From the NCBI RefSeq assembly GCF_009914755.1, contig NC_060933.1: a DNA stretch of 64,000 nt. One strand, given 5' to 3'. The notes under the pieces were generated by a model. The model was not told the DNA's origin and did no database searches. It saw only the letters and a program-made list of their open reading frames with translations. The position numbers and the translations under genes are program-made. The first letter of the stretch is position 1, and every line of letters starts with the position of its first letter. Shown here piece by piece: positions 13,925 through 29,980 of the stretch. This DNA comes from the human T2T-CHM13v2.0 reference genome, Homo sapiens.

Positions 13925-15205
13925 ATTTTTTATAGACTCATTGAGGCATAATTTACATATCATAATAGTCACCCATTGTAAGTGTACAGTTGAATGATTT
14001 TTAGTAAATTTATACAGTTGCATAATCATAAGCACAATCCAGTTTTAGAACATTTTTATCACCCACAAAGTTCCCCGTGCTCATTTGCAATCAATTTCCA
14101 CTCCCACCCTCAGCCCCAGGCAACCATAAATCTGTTTTCTGTCTCTATAGATTTGTCTTTTCTGGAAGTGTTATATAAATGAAATCATAAACTAGATAGT
14201 CGTGTTGAGCTTCTTTCACTTAGCATTATATACTTGAAGGTTATCTATGTTATTATAACTATCAGTATACCATTTAAAATTTGCTGAACAGCATTCCTTT
14301 TTATGGATCTACACTTTGTCAGTCTATTCACCAGTTTCTGGACATTTGGATTGCGTGAATAAGCTTCCATGGACAGTCAGGAACAAGTCCTGGCAGGAAC
14401 ATATGTTTTGATTTATCTTGAGTAAAAAGTTAGGAATAGAATTGCTGAGTTAGACACAAGTATGCATTAGATCTTTTAAGGTCTTGTCAAGGGGCTCTCC
14501 AAAGTGACTATACTGCTCTACATACCCATCAGTAATGTATGAGAATTTCAGTTTTTCCAAATCCTCACCAACACTTAGTATTGCAAGTCTTTTGGATTAC
14601 AGCCACTCTAGTGGGTGTGTAAAGGTATCTCATTGAGGTTTCAAGTGGCATTTTTCTAATGAATAATGATATTGAGCATCCTTTCATGTGCTTATTAGCA
14701 TTTTGTATATCTTCTTTGTGAAATCTCTATTCAAATATGTTGCCCACTTTTAATTAGGTTGTTTGTCTTCTTATTGTTGAGTGGTAAGTGTTCTTTATAC
14801 ATTCTGGAAAGAAGTCCTTATCAGATATGTATTTTGAAAATATTTTCTCCCATTCTGGTATTAGTCTTTTCATTTTCTTTCTTTTGAAGAGAAAAAGTTT
14901 TAATTTTGATAAAGCCAAATTCATAATTATGTCTTTTATTGATCTAAGAAATTGTTGCCTAACCCAAAGTCACAAAGACATTCTCCTATGTGTTCTTCTA
15001 GAAGTTTTATGGTTTTAGCCCTTAAATTTAGGTCTATGATCCATTTTGAGTTAACTTTTTTGTTTATGGTGTGAGGTAGGGGGCTAAGATTATTTTTTTT
15101 GCATGTGTATATCCAATTTTCCCGGCTAAAAATACTGTCCTATCCTTTACTAAATAGACTTGACACCTTTGTTGAAAACCAGTTGACCATAAATGTAAGG
15201 ATTTC
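13925..15205 (-). mobile_element. Old L1M (L1MB/MC-like) 3' fragment
   Basis: ttgaggcataatttacatat...gatattgagcatcctttcatgtgcttattagc...ttaggtctatgatccattttgagtt are typical reverse L1M 3' motifs. Confidence 0.85.
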
Positions 15206-15509
15206 ACTTTTAATGTGATACAAACCACGATTTCTTCTTATGATAACTTGACTCCCCACATAAATCAGCCTTCATCCAAGGAATGTACTGCTAAGGCCAA
15301 TGTGAACATTAATGCATCATTCTCACTTTAAATAAATTAATTGGAATAACAATTTATACAGAAGTTTATAAGTTCAGTTAAACTAAGTTTCTGAGCCCAT
15401 CAAGCTGAGGAACTAATTGGGATAAATTTTTCAAGGTTATCATAATCTTGAGAGGGTATTTAGAAGCCAGCCGTCTTCTCCTGACATCACTTTATAGAAA
15501 CTTCCAAAC

Positions 15510-15850
15510 TTTAATCACCAAGAAGTATTTGTTGAGGCTCATTTATATGGAAGGCACTATGAAAGATTCAAATATATACAAAATGTGTCAGTATTCCACT
15601 GGTATGTGTCAGTAGGACCAAACAGGGTGCTCATGTCCAGAATCTACTGTGATTCGTGATGTCTGTACTGCACTGGTTATAAACATTTTGAATATCTTCA
15701 CTGAACATAAGATACGGTTCTCCATCTTTTGTGAGCGCATAGTGTAGTTGGAGAGATAAGACAACTACATAGTTAAAATATTCAAGGCAGGAAGTGACAT
15801 GCTGGATTTAAAAGATGGAAAGAGGGAAGATCACAGAGAGCTACTGGTAT
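15510..15850 (-). mobile_element. L2 3' fragment
   Basis: caagaagtatttgttgaggctcatttatatggaaggcact resembles the reverse L2 3' end. Confidence 0.5.
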
Positions 15851-16380
15851 TATTAGCAGAAAAAAAATGTTTCTAAAGATAAATAAAATCAGTTTTCTGA
15901 AGAAGAATATTATATACTAATTTAGGGTTTTTAAACTTATAATTCATCAATGCCCCAACTATCCTAACCAGTAGTATCTGATCAAATTAATTGTTAAAAT
16001 AATAATGCTGATTGCTATCACTTATTGACTGCCTACCAGGTGTCAGGACTACATTATATTAACTATATTATCTAACTATGCAAGGCTACAGCTCTACCTA
16101 TCCTAGGCTATGACCTATATTATCTCTAATCCTTACAACAAATCTAATAAGTTGAAAATATTATTGTAGCCATAGGCCTAACTTGACCAGCTTGGAATAA
16201 AAAAATAAGGCTACAAAAAGACAATAATATTCAAATTTAAATATTCCAATTTCCATACCTAAAATGAAAAGCTTATTCTTCTCCAAGCTTCCTCGTTCTA
16301 AAGGACTACTAAGAACCCTCAAAATGCTTATGTGGATTATGAAGTAGTCTTTCTCATTCCTTCTTGCTTCTTGCCTTTAA

Positions 16381-16392
16381 CCAGTAGAGGGC
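16381..16392 (+). promoter_or_regulatory. Candidate CTCF core motif
   Basis: ccagtagagggc matches CCASYAGRKGGC exactly, in non-repeat sequence. Confidence 0.35.
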
Positions 16393-16655
16393 TATAATCC
16401 AGCCACTGACTAGTCACCGTGATGGCTGATCTTCAGACAGCTGACATAATGTTCCTGGTTTCTCCCCACGATGTTTTACCATTGTCATTGATGAACCTCA
16501 CTGTGATTTTGAATCTTTAGTGTTCATTAGAATACAAAAAAAAAAAAATGATGTTTCTGTCTCCCCACTGTCATGCTAGTCCTGGAGTCCACTGCATATA
16601 TTGCTTCTATTAAGTGCAAGCAGAAGCAGTTTCCGGGTGTGACCATGGTGTCAAG

Positions 16656-16833
16656 GAAACCCTGTCTCTACTAAAAATACAAAAAATTAGCCGGGCGTGG
16701 TGGCGTGTGCCTGTAGTCCCACTCCTTGGGAGGCTGAGGCAGGAGAATGGCGTGAACCCAGGAGGCGGAGTTTGCAGTGAGCCGAGATCGCGCCACTCCA
16801 CTCCAGCCTGGGCGACGGAGCGAGACTCCATCT

Positions 16834-16866
<33 letters not shown>

Positions 16867-16868
16867 AT
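16656..16868 (+). mobile_element. 5'-truncated AluY-like element
   Basis: Begins at gaaaccctgtctctactaaaaatac; right arm with gaatggcgtgaacc and retained CpGs; A/GAAAA tail. Confidence 0.93.
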
Positions 16869-17039
16869 CATAAGAAGCCAAGGACTTGGCCACACTTTGT
16901 GTCAAGATGTAAGCCTTTCCCAAGATCTCCTCATCCAAGCCCTTGAGAGTTCAAGAAGTTCATACTTCTCCCCTGCCAAAGGTTACCACAATTCTTATTC
17001 TAGGATAAATTACTGAAGTAACCAATATTTGCTTTAGGA

Positions 17040-17175
17040 GAAAATTCTCAGTTTTTCTATCCCCATTTAATAACTAAGAAAACGGAAGCTAGGAGATTTT
17101 AAGTGAATGGCCAAAGATCACACAGTAAACATGAAATTCAAACTTGGCATTTTCAAATTCACAAGCTAATCTTTT
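17040..17175 (-). mobile_element. MIR fragment
   Basis: ccccatttaataactaagaaaacggaagctaggagattttaagtgaatggccaaagatcacacag is MIR core. Confidence 0.7.
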
Positions 17176-17549
17176 GTAACCCTGCTTTACTGTTTATAAA
17201 ATCCCTGATACTTGATAAGTCAGTTCTGGGCAGATTGGACCTAAGAAAAGAGTAGCCTAAAGTCTTCTCTCAGCTTCACAGATACACCTAGTGAAATAAA
17301 ATTTAAAAGGTGTCTGACAGCAACTTGCAAGGCTACTTATTCTCTCATGGTTTTTAGTCTGAAAGAATCTTTGTGCAAACCAGAATGTGTGCTGTTAGTA
17401 AACAACCCAAAGCTATTTATTAATTGGGAGTAAACAAAAATTTAGTTGGGTTTGATTCTGCAAACAAGCTCATAGAATCTAACAGACAAAGACAGTATTT
17501 CAGGCTAGAAAAAGGGATGGAGAAAGAGAAACATTCCAATGTTACTTAC

Positions 17550-17686
17550 CTTCCTGCAGTGGAAAAGCTCTCATTAGGACAAGCACAGGTTTTTATGGAT
17601 GTGTTTTTATCACTAACTGGCTGTGAGTCTCCTCAAAGTCAATGCTTCTCTGCAGGCCCTTGCTACCCAGCTTGTTCACCTTTAAG
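17550..17686 (-). other. Candidate 137-nt non-coding internal exon
   Basis: Minus strand: long pyrimidine tract ending ccctcaccccag, donor AAG|GTAAGT; stops in all three frames. Confidence 0.3.
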
Positions 17687-18242
17687 CTGGGGTGAGGGAG
17701 GGTGGGTATAAGGACAAGATGATATGAAAGAAATATAAAGAGAAAAAATGTAATACCAATAAAACTGGTCATTATGAAACTTTCTTCATTGGACAACCCA
17801 ACAATATAAATAACAGCGTGGCATATTGACTGAAGTCAGGTAAATTGTAAGAATTAAATAAAATAATATAAATATAATCTCTGTCATTTACTAAACATTC
17901 GGTCTTGAATGAGTTATTTCCCTTAACCTCAGTTTTCATACTTATATACTAGAGCTAATATTTCCAAAAATTGGAATAAGGAACAGGCTAATCATGCTAC
18001 TGTCTAAGGTATTGATCCACAGCAGTGCCAGAAGACCAATAGACAGGATTGAAGCTTTGCTGTTAGTTGACTCGAGTCCCCACACATGGCTCCTGATAAA
18101 ACTGGTGATGTGTCCTTGGTTCTCTTTTGACCAAAGCAGTCAAAGCCCTCCAGTTGACATTTAAAAACTTCTTTATTTATAGACCTAACTCCAAATAAAT
18201 AAATGTACAAACATATAAATAATATCTATTTGAAGGGACACT

Positions 18243-18560
18243 ATATTAGTGAGGATAGTTTATCATATAGTGCCATAATAAATAACTCTAAAATCTCAGT
18301 GACTCAAAAAATAGAGGTATATTTCTTACTCACTCAATGTCTTGGTTGGCTGTTCTTCAATTTGAATTTATGCCATCAGAAATACCTTGTAAGTATTTCC
18401 AAGTTTACTACAGTAAAGAAATAAAGAGATGGAAGATACACACTGGCTCTTGCCTCCTCTGTCTCAAAGTGGCACCCATTATTTCTGCTTCCAGTATCTT
18501 GGACAAAACAGTAGTAGGGATCAGCCTAACTGGTAAATGTAGAGAACATTTACTGTGCCT
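18243..18560 (-). mobile_element. Old MaLR LTR (MLT1J/K-like) relic
   Basis: aaataactctaaaatctcagtgactcaaaaaatagaggtatatttcttactcac resembles the reverse MLT1 terminus. Confidence 0.55.
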
Positions 18561-18859
18561 CAGATGCCACAGTATTTAACTGGCTGGGTGCCTGAATATC
18601 TGAGTGTAGCATCAATATTCATATAATGATTGTGAGAATTATATAAAATAACTCAGTAAGAACCTAGCCCTGGGTCTGGCATAAACTTAATATTTAATAA
18701 TTTTTAGTTTCTTTTTTCTACCACCAATCTCAAAGAAGAAATTTGCCAACCTGACAGAATCAATGTCAGCCATTAATGTGTTCCTAGATACTATAGCCAA
18801 AGCATCCTCACATCTTGCTCAGTGTGCCAGAAAGAGTTAGGTCAAAATGAAGGCTACAT

Positions 18860-19510
18860 TCCTGGGACAACTTGCAACCATCTTTTCATATCTCCACTAT
18901 CACAATTTATCATGACATTCACCTGCTCTAGGTCCTTCTGTGACTCCCTAAGCTTAAAGGAAAAAGTTGAAATTCCTTAATGGGTAACACACAAGACCCT
19001 TTTAGAGTTTGTCCTTCACCTCCCTCACTTGCCTCATACATAACACTTGCCTCGCTCACACTCACCCTCCACTCCAGCCCTGACAAATGCCTTCAATGTT
19101 CCTGGGCAACTCAGTTTTATGCCATGCCTACCTGCATTAGCAGGTGCCAAGGGATTTTCTTGGAATGTCTTTCATTCACTTTTCACCTATATATTTGTGC
19201 TTTAACATCTCTTCAAAAATGCCTTTACTGGCTTTGCCAGTATGACTTAAAGTTGTGTGTCTGTGCCTCACAGCATAGATATAGATTAATCACTACTGAA
19301 TACTAAGTATGTGCCAGCCCCTGGGCTACCATGTGCATACCTGTATTGCAAATTACTGAATATCAAACATTGACCCAAGGGTCTGTCTCTTCCTCTCAAC
19401 TGGAAACTCACAGAAGGCGGGAGCTATGTTATATTTGATGCTAGATCTTCAGAGCCTAGAAAGGTGCTTGGCACATTGTGGAAAGACACAAAAATTCATC
19501 ATATTAGTAA
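18860..19510 (+). mobile_element. L2 3' region relic
   Basis: tgactcccta...cactccagccctgacaaatgccttc...agcctagaaaggtgcttggcacattg. Confidence 0.6.
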
Positions 19511-20504
19511 ATGCCAACCTCATCATTGCATTGTGTTTTATATATCCAACCACGCCTCTCCCTTTGCCCTGGTTCTGGATTTCCCAGCAAACTACTAATC
19601 TAAGTATGCTGCCTCCCTGCCTACTGTCAGCTTCAAATGCCATGGACCACTTCTAACTCCAGCTAGGCAAGGCCCCAATCTCTATTTAATGAATGAGTTT
19701 AAGAGGTGGACAATGCATTGTTTGAAACCAGAAAGATCTGAAACCAAACCCTAGATTCACCACTTAGTAATTGCACAAACTCAGGCAGGCTCTCTTAACC
19801 TTTAACACTTTAGTTTCTTCATAAGGAAATTAGGACAATTATTTCCATGCCGTGGGGGGGATATTATGAACATTAAAAAAGAATCCTAATTTTGTTGCCT
19901 GCCTGCATGCATATCTCTGAATGGAGAAAATTGTACTACAGAAACCTCTTTAAGAAGGGTAGAAATTTATTTTTTTGAAGGAAGGTTCTTAGAGAGCTGT
20001 TTGGAATAACAGATAAGACCCTGAAACAGGACTGAATATGTAGAGAACCACCCTGTAAGAGACAGAAAGAATTGTTTCTCAAGAGTAGCAGATGAGCAGG
20101 GTAAAAGGGAGGATATAAGAGGGAAAAAAGAGAGTCAGGAAATTGTGGAAGACCTCCCTATGACCCCTCAAATTTTTAATGAGGTCAAAATATATGGTGT
20201 ATATATTTTGAAGAACTTAGTAGTATATTCTGTCATAGAATAAACAATCTATAAATTATAGATGCAATTATTAAAGTGTTGTCATTATTATTATCCCAGA
20301 CTTAGTTATCAGTTAATCCCACAAGTTTGCACTCATTAGTCAATTGAAAGAGAGGAAATATTTGTAGGGCAAAAATAATCGAGCTCAGATTTTCTTCTCT
20401 CTAGATTTTGTCCCTGGCTTTGCTTTTCACTCCAGGATGGGTTCTTACTCCTATACTGATTTGCTTTGCTCATAGCTGTCCAAGGTGTTTCCTTGACTGG
20501 GTCT

Positions 20505-21547
<1,043 letters not shown>

Positions 21548-21688
21548 TGAGTGCTGAGAATACCCCTTTTTCACATTACCTTACTGGTTTGTGCTGGCTT
21601 TTAAATTTGTTTTTAGATTTATGCTGCTCTTTTCATCTTTGATACAGGAACTTGCCAAATCTCAACTTTTGGAGACAATCTCCTATAA

Positions 21689-22074
<386 letters not shown>

Positions 22075-23324
22075 TAATTTTATCAATTATTTTTTATATA
22101 AGTTCAAGGTATCAGACTGGAATATTTATTTTAAAAACTACATCTAACTTGAAAAATCCTAATCACTTAGCCTCTCAGCCAAGACAATAATATGACCTTC
22201 TGCCTACTTCCTACAGACTGGCTTTAAAAATTAGAAGTTAAAAGAACTAGAACATGCAAACAAATGTATCACAGCTCAGCTATGTAAGGTAAGTTATAAT
22301 ACTTAGCAATTTAGATTCTTAAAATAAAATGAATATTTAATATATTTGTCTCCAGGTGCATTAAATTTAAAAGCATCTGTTCCCTCCATGAATTCATAAT
22401 TAAAATGACAGCAATCAGAATGAAGAAAATCTTTTCTGAAGAGGAAAATATACCCTAGATTATCCAATGTTGACAAAATATGCCTTGTGATGGGTGAAAT
22501 TCACAATATTCACCTGAGAACCTTGCTCAGTTGACCTAAAAATTCAGAGGTGTCTATTCTACTGAGCTCGACATACTCCATGAATATTTGTTTCCAGGTT
22601 GTGTGGGAAGGAGAAAAAATAAAAGATCTCTTTTTTGTCCTAATGTTTTAAAATATTTGATCATGAAAAAGAAGATTGGAATAAGGAGTTACTTAAGTGT
22701 TTATAAGCATATATACAAATATGTGTTTAATGATTGTATGTACATTAGTGCATAATTTTTAAATATGGGTTTTAATATATAAAAATACATCTTGATAAAA
22801 TGCCTTGTATTTTTTTTCTCCTAAAAGAAAAAAGAAATGTTTGGGGGAATGTATCTTAAAGTTAGGGAAAACTAAAATGCATCCACCCTCATCACAGAAA
22901 ATATCAAGACCACTCTGGCCTTAGGAAATGCAGATGTTCTGCTCCAGCAGGAAAATGGGAAGTTGTGTAGGACAACCAGGGTTGAATAAATCCTCATTCA
23001 ACAGCAAGATTTTTCTCAGGCAAATGTAACCATCATTGTCATCTAATTCATGAACACCTTTTTCCCTTTTCTCTTTTACCTTTGTGTTCCTACATGGTCT
23101 GTAAGTTAAAAGCCTAAAGATCATGGTGATGAATATCTTCTACTCTTCTTTGATAATATATTCTGAGAAAAAATTTCTTAAGTCTCAACATTAAAAATAG
23201 ATAAATTCTAATATCATCTGTTTCCAGTAATGCACTCTAAACCAAGCAGGCTGCAAATTGTCTATTTTGACTATACTTACCAGGAAAAACACATATATTT
23301 ATCAATAGAATTGGGGTTAATTTG

Positions 23325-23445
23325 GCCATTGTTTTTAGAAATTGATGCAGGAAAACTGAGGTACAGAAAAGTTTTAGGACTTGCTAAAGCTTACACAGCC
23401 AGCAGTAAAGCCAGAACCAGAAACCAAAGTCTTCTGACTCCCCCA
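23325..23445 (-). mobile_element. MIR fragment
   Basis: aaactgaggtacagaaaagttttaggacttgctaaagcttacacagccagcagtaaagccagaacc. Confidence 0.7.
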
Positions 23446-25172
23446 TGAGAACAAAATTAGTGAAATAAGTGTGTTAAGATACAAATTAGGAAATCAGCTA
23501 CTTGAATAATTACTGACCCTTTTTTATTTATGTCAATGCTGTATACATTGCCATCTTAATTTTGCCATCAAAGATTTAGTAAGTTCTGCAATTTACTCAA
23601 GAAAAATTCAATGGAGGGGCTGTAAAAATGAGCTTTTCCTTCGGGAGTTCCCAGTGTTGTAAAAGAACATTGTACGTATATTTCTGTGTGACAAGAATAA
23701 ATAATACAAAGATAAATCATGAGAGATGTGGGCAGAGCAAGTGGCATGGTAATTAGGGTGGGTGTTAAAGACATGTCAGTATACTCCTGTATGGTGTCTA
23801 GAGCAACACAGATGCTTAAAATATATTTAAGAGTTATATAAATGCATGTTTAACTGATGTGTAAACTATACATCCTATGATGCTGCAATAAACTAAACTA
23901 TAGTTCCTTGAAAGAGATGCCATATTTTTTTAAACTTTGTGTTTCTGGTACATAACAGAGTCTCTAGTAGGACACAGTAGGTACCCAAGAAATATGCACG
24001 TATACCTGAATGGGTGAAAATATCCAATATGTTGAGTGGTCTGTTCATCTGGAACAAGCATGGCAAGCAGTCTAGGTACTGGACACTCAGAGTAAGTATA
24101 AAAACTAATCTTCCTTGCAAGCCCTTCTAGATCAAGCTTCAACTAATAGCTTCTACTATTAGAACTGTTTATATCTTGATATCCCTAAAATGTCATGTCT
24201 CTATACCTAGTGAGCACACCAGGTGTCTTTTATCTGAATGCACTGGAGTTCTGCAGAATGGACTTATAAATCCACTAGCACTACAAATGCCATGAATTTG
24301 GTGTTCAAAGATGAGTCGTATAATTTCATTATTCCACAAAGAAGACAATAAAAAGATAGAGGTAGGATTCTAATAGTTTATTTATGATTCTTCAGAGAAG
24401 CAGTTTGAGTTACAAAGAGGGGTTTGTTAACATAAAGGACAGGATAAGACTAAATATCAGAATGTACGGTACTGCAAACAGTAAGAGAGAAGTCAGGTTG
24501 TCAGTTTGTTAGTATTAGCAAGAGTTGGGCTTATTTTCTCAAAGAAAGCCAATATGTGAAATAAAACTCCTGGAGCAATATGCCAGAACTTTTTTTTCTC
24601 TCTCTGTCTCTAGTATAGTCATGAAGGCAATTCATCAGTCAGATGGCTAACTCCAAAACACAATGGCCAAGCCTTTTAAATGACAGGTCCACCTGGCAGA
24701 AATAGCCTGTGTGGGCCACTGATACTCTTGGTAGTTTGCATGCCCTTTAATGATTCACCATCTGTGTATCTCAAGGGACTGACTTTGGCTGAGCTTTGAA
24801 GCCTACAATATTAGTGTGAGTAATGCTACAAGTGAGCAACTATGGACCTGAGAACAGTCAAGCTCAGTGGTGTGAAATGTAAAGGATCAAGAAAGCAGCC
24901 ATGCTCAGCTGGGTGAAGTGAAGCAAAAACACACATAAGAAGGCATCTGGATAACAACCCTGAGGAAATGAAGAGTGACCTCCACGGCTCCAGGCTGCTT
25001 CCAAACAGGTTTCCCTCCCCATGCCTGTAAGCTCTGCTATGCCCACAGAGGTAAGGCTTAAATTAAATCATTCACTGATATAAGATGTCAAATGCCTTAG
25101 CACCTAATTACACACTTCCATCAGGAAAACGAAAAGAAAGGAAAATGAAGCAACAATCCACATATTGACAGC

Positions 25173-26010
25173 CTGTATTCCCTGATAAAATCAAGATCTA
25201 CCCAAACTTAGGGTAGACCCGTTGTCTGGAGTGAAATCATTCATTCATTCATTAGTGCATTCACAATATTATTTAGTAAACTTCATTAGGACATAATAAA
25301 TAGCACAAACATTGTTCCTTATAATATTAAATTAATAAAAGCAAAAACAGTCACAGCAAATAACTTTCCTAATTACATTGAAATTAGTATATTTTGTATA
25401 TAACAGATTTACTTAGCAAAGAAATTGTTTTCCTCATTATCCAATTCAAATATTAAGGACTCCAAAAAGTATATATTTTTTACTTTAAAAAGTGACACAG
25501 AGAATATTTGGGCCTGATATTCAAGAAAGCAATAAGTCAGGATTTTAATTCATTGCTATCCTAATGAAAAAATCTAAAGTGATATTAAAAAAAATCATGT
25601 GTCTTGCCTGAGAGAACAATATAGTAAAATTGTAATCAGTTGCTAAAGCTTAATCAATATTATCACATTGCAAAGTTTCTGGAGAGTGTTTTCTTTAATG
25701 AAAATTGTGAGGTCATGAAACTTTGTTGGTTTGCCTGAATTAAATCATCTGTTCCTGCCAGATAGCATCTGTATTCGTTGATAAAAATCAAGATCTACTC
25801 AAACTTAGGATGGACCCATTGTCTGGAGTAAAATAATTCATTCGTGAGTTCACAATATTATTTAGTAAAATTTCCTAAGACACAATAAATAACACTAACA
25901 TCGCCTCTTGTAATATTAAATTAATAAAAGCAAATAACTTCCCTAATTTCATTGAAAGGACCATGTTCCATATATAGCAAATTCACTTGGCAAAGAAAAC
26001 CTTTTCATCA
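25173..26010 (+). repeat. Diverged direct duplication (copy 1 about 25173-25436, copy 2 about 25769-26010)
   Basis: Collinear shared blocks: aaaatcaagatctac, ttgtctggagt, ttcacaatattatttagtaaa, taatattaaattaataaaagcaaa, gcaaagaaa. Confidence 0.9.
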
Positions 26011-26849
26011 GATCCTGTCAGAGACTGTGTTTGTTTCTTTCATTACCCTGACCACAAGCCCAGGAATTTAAACATTTGTGGATAAGTTGGCCATTAGAGG
26101 AGTTGAAAAAAAAACAACTCACATTCCTGTTTCTCTTATATCTTCTAAAATAGCAGTTTGGTAGTTCAGTGTGTTGGAAGAGGAGTTACATCATATTCCT
26201 AAGTGTTTAATTAAGCTATTCTGCTAAGAGCAATACAAGGAAATACATGGTCATCTCTTTCTCCGTTTTAAGAAAAAACTCTCTAATCCCAAGAAAGTTC
26301 ATGAATTCAATTGTAATATTCCTGGTTCTACTAGTTAAAGATGACTTCTGACTATAAAAATGTTTCTATCAAAAAATATTCTAGTCATTTTTATCTATAA
26401 CTTTCCTGGGAGGTGATACTAATACAACGAGTAACATTTTACAGTAAGAGTGAAAAAAAAAGTAGATTGCAAAATTTAACTTTCTTTGCTCCAACAATTA
26501 TACTTCTGAAATAATTCCTTACTGTAAAACTACCTTAGGGTCATGTCTCCAATGTTAACCTTTGCCATGAAAAATTCATGTTCTCATCAAACTTATTTGC
26601 ATGAAGCAAATATAAAAGGAAGGAAAGCTCAAAGAATTAGTGACAGAAGACAGGGAACATCTCAGCATAATAGAAAGTTCAGTGTTTTATTTTTCGATTC
26701 CTATTCCTATATTCCAACTATTTCATCAAATACAAATATACACTGAGGAAATGTGTAGCCAATGAAAATCTTATGAAAGAGACTATGCTGCTATCATGGT
26801 CCTGCTTAAATGATATTGATAAGGATTCCATGTGACAGCAGTAAGTCAC

Positions 26850-27035
26850 ATGTTCCTCCAGCCACTAGCCGAGTGATGTTAGGCAAGTCATTTAATCTTT
26901 CAAAGTCTGTTTTCTCATCTGGGAAATTAGAATAATATCCAGGGCTGCTTGAGGTTTAAATGAAATAATGTATGTGAAGAGTCTGGGATAAAAGAAGTGC
27001 ACAATATATGACGGCTAAATGGAAACAAGTCAATG
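26850..27035 (+). mobile_element. MIR SINE
   Basis: gtgatgttaggcaagtcatttaatctt...ttttctcatctgggaaattagaataat. Confidence 0.8.
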
Positions 27036-27051
27036 AATTAATCTTACTCGA

Positions 27052-27353
<302 letters not shown>

Positions 27354-28204
27354 CTACTCACCATTTTTGATGAGGAATAAAGAACAATTATATAACCAAG
27401 CTAAAACAGTTCTCAGAGTTAAACTCATCACCTTAATGTTTCTATAAGAAAAAAATGGAAAGATTAAAATTATACTATGCACTCATTTAAATAATTTATT
27501 TTAAAAAATGAAATCTGTGAAAAGTAATAAATGGAAAATGGAGGTACAAAGAATAAAGCAAAAAATCAAAAAAATGAACAAATCCAAATGCTAGTTATTT
27601 TGGGGGAAATAAACAATATATTAAAAAATTCTAAAAAATGTTTGGAGCAGCTATCTCTAGCCACTCAGAACAAAGTAGGCTTTTTCTAGGAATACAATAT
27701 TGATCGTTAATAAATCCATTAATATAATTCACCGCATCAATACATATTAAAGGAGAAAAATCTATGTCATCTAAATAGAGGCCAAAAATTTTTTCTATAA
27801 CATTCAACACCTACTCACAACAGTGAAAAAGAATACCTGGAAAGTTAGAAAAAAAAAGGGGTGGCTTAATTTATTTTAAGCCTATCCATGGTGAACCTGT
27901 AGTATGCATCCTTCTTACAGATGACATAATTGAAACATTTTTCACTAAATTCAGAAATGAAACAGAAATAATACAGGAATGACTTATTTCATAACTCCCA
28001 CTGAACATTATGCTTACCCAAAACAATGCAATAAGGTAAGGATGTAAGATATAAAAATTATAAGGCAACAAATTTAAGGCAAGGCATAAAATTATAACTA
28101 TTTGTTAAGAGTATGACTGACTTCGTAGAAAACTCAAAAAAAGCCACAGATAAACTATTAAAATCAAAAGAAATGTAGCAAGTTGGTAGTATACAATATT
28201 ATTA

Positions 28205-28551
28205 TTAGGGTTTTTTTTTGTTTTTTTTTTCCTGTTGTTGTTTTGTTTTGTTTTGTTTTTTTTGAGAGAGGGTCTCGCTGTGTCACCCAGGCTGAAAGTG
28301 CAGTGGTACAATCCTAGCTCAGGGCAACGTCGAACTCCTGGGCTCAAGCAATCCTCCCGCCTCAGCGTCCCAAGTAGTTAGGACTACAAGCATGTACCGC
28401 CGCACCTGGCTAAATTTGGTTTTTATTTTTTCATACAGATGAAGTCTTCCTGTGTTAACCAGGCTGGTCTTGAACTCCTAGACTTAAGAGATCCTCCCGC
28501 CTCAGCCTCTGAAAGTGCTGAGATTACAGACATGAGCCCTTGTGCCCGGCC
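28205..28551 (-). mobile_element. Alu (AluJ-like)
   Basis: gagagagggtctcgct...gggctcaagcaatcctcccgcc; TSD acaata(t/c)tatt. Confidence 0.93.
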
Positions 28552-28776
28552 ACAATACTATTTTTAAAATAAGGTTTTGTTTCACCAATATAAACCAATT
28601 ATGTGACATAATAAGAAAAATAAAAGACATTTCCTATGGTAACAAGAACTATGAAGTACTTAGTAGTCAATCTAATAAAAATTTACAAAATATTTCTAGT
28701 GAAAATCTTATTTAAAGGCCTAATAGAAGACTGCCATAGTCTATTCAGACTACAGTAACAAAATACTTTAGACTAG

Positions 28777-29480
<704 letters not shown>

Positions 29481-29542
29481 ACTGGGTAATTTATAAACGA
29501 CAGAAATGTATTGTTCACAGTTCTGGAGCTTGGGAAGTTTAA

Positions 29543-29980
<438 letters not shown>

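Noticed and set aside
16440-16550. Possible small retrocopy ending in the A run near 16536-16548
   Set aside because: No TSD, poly(A) signal or recognisable parent RNA
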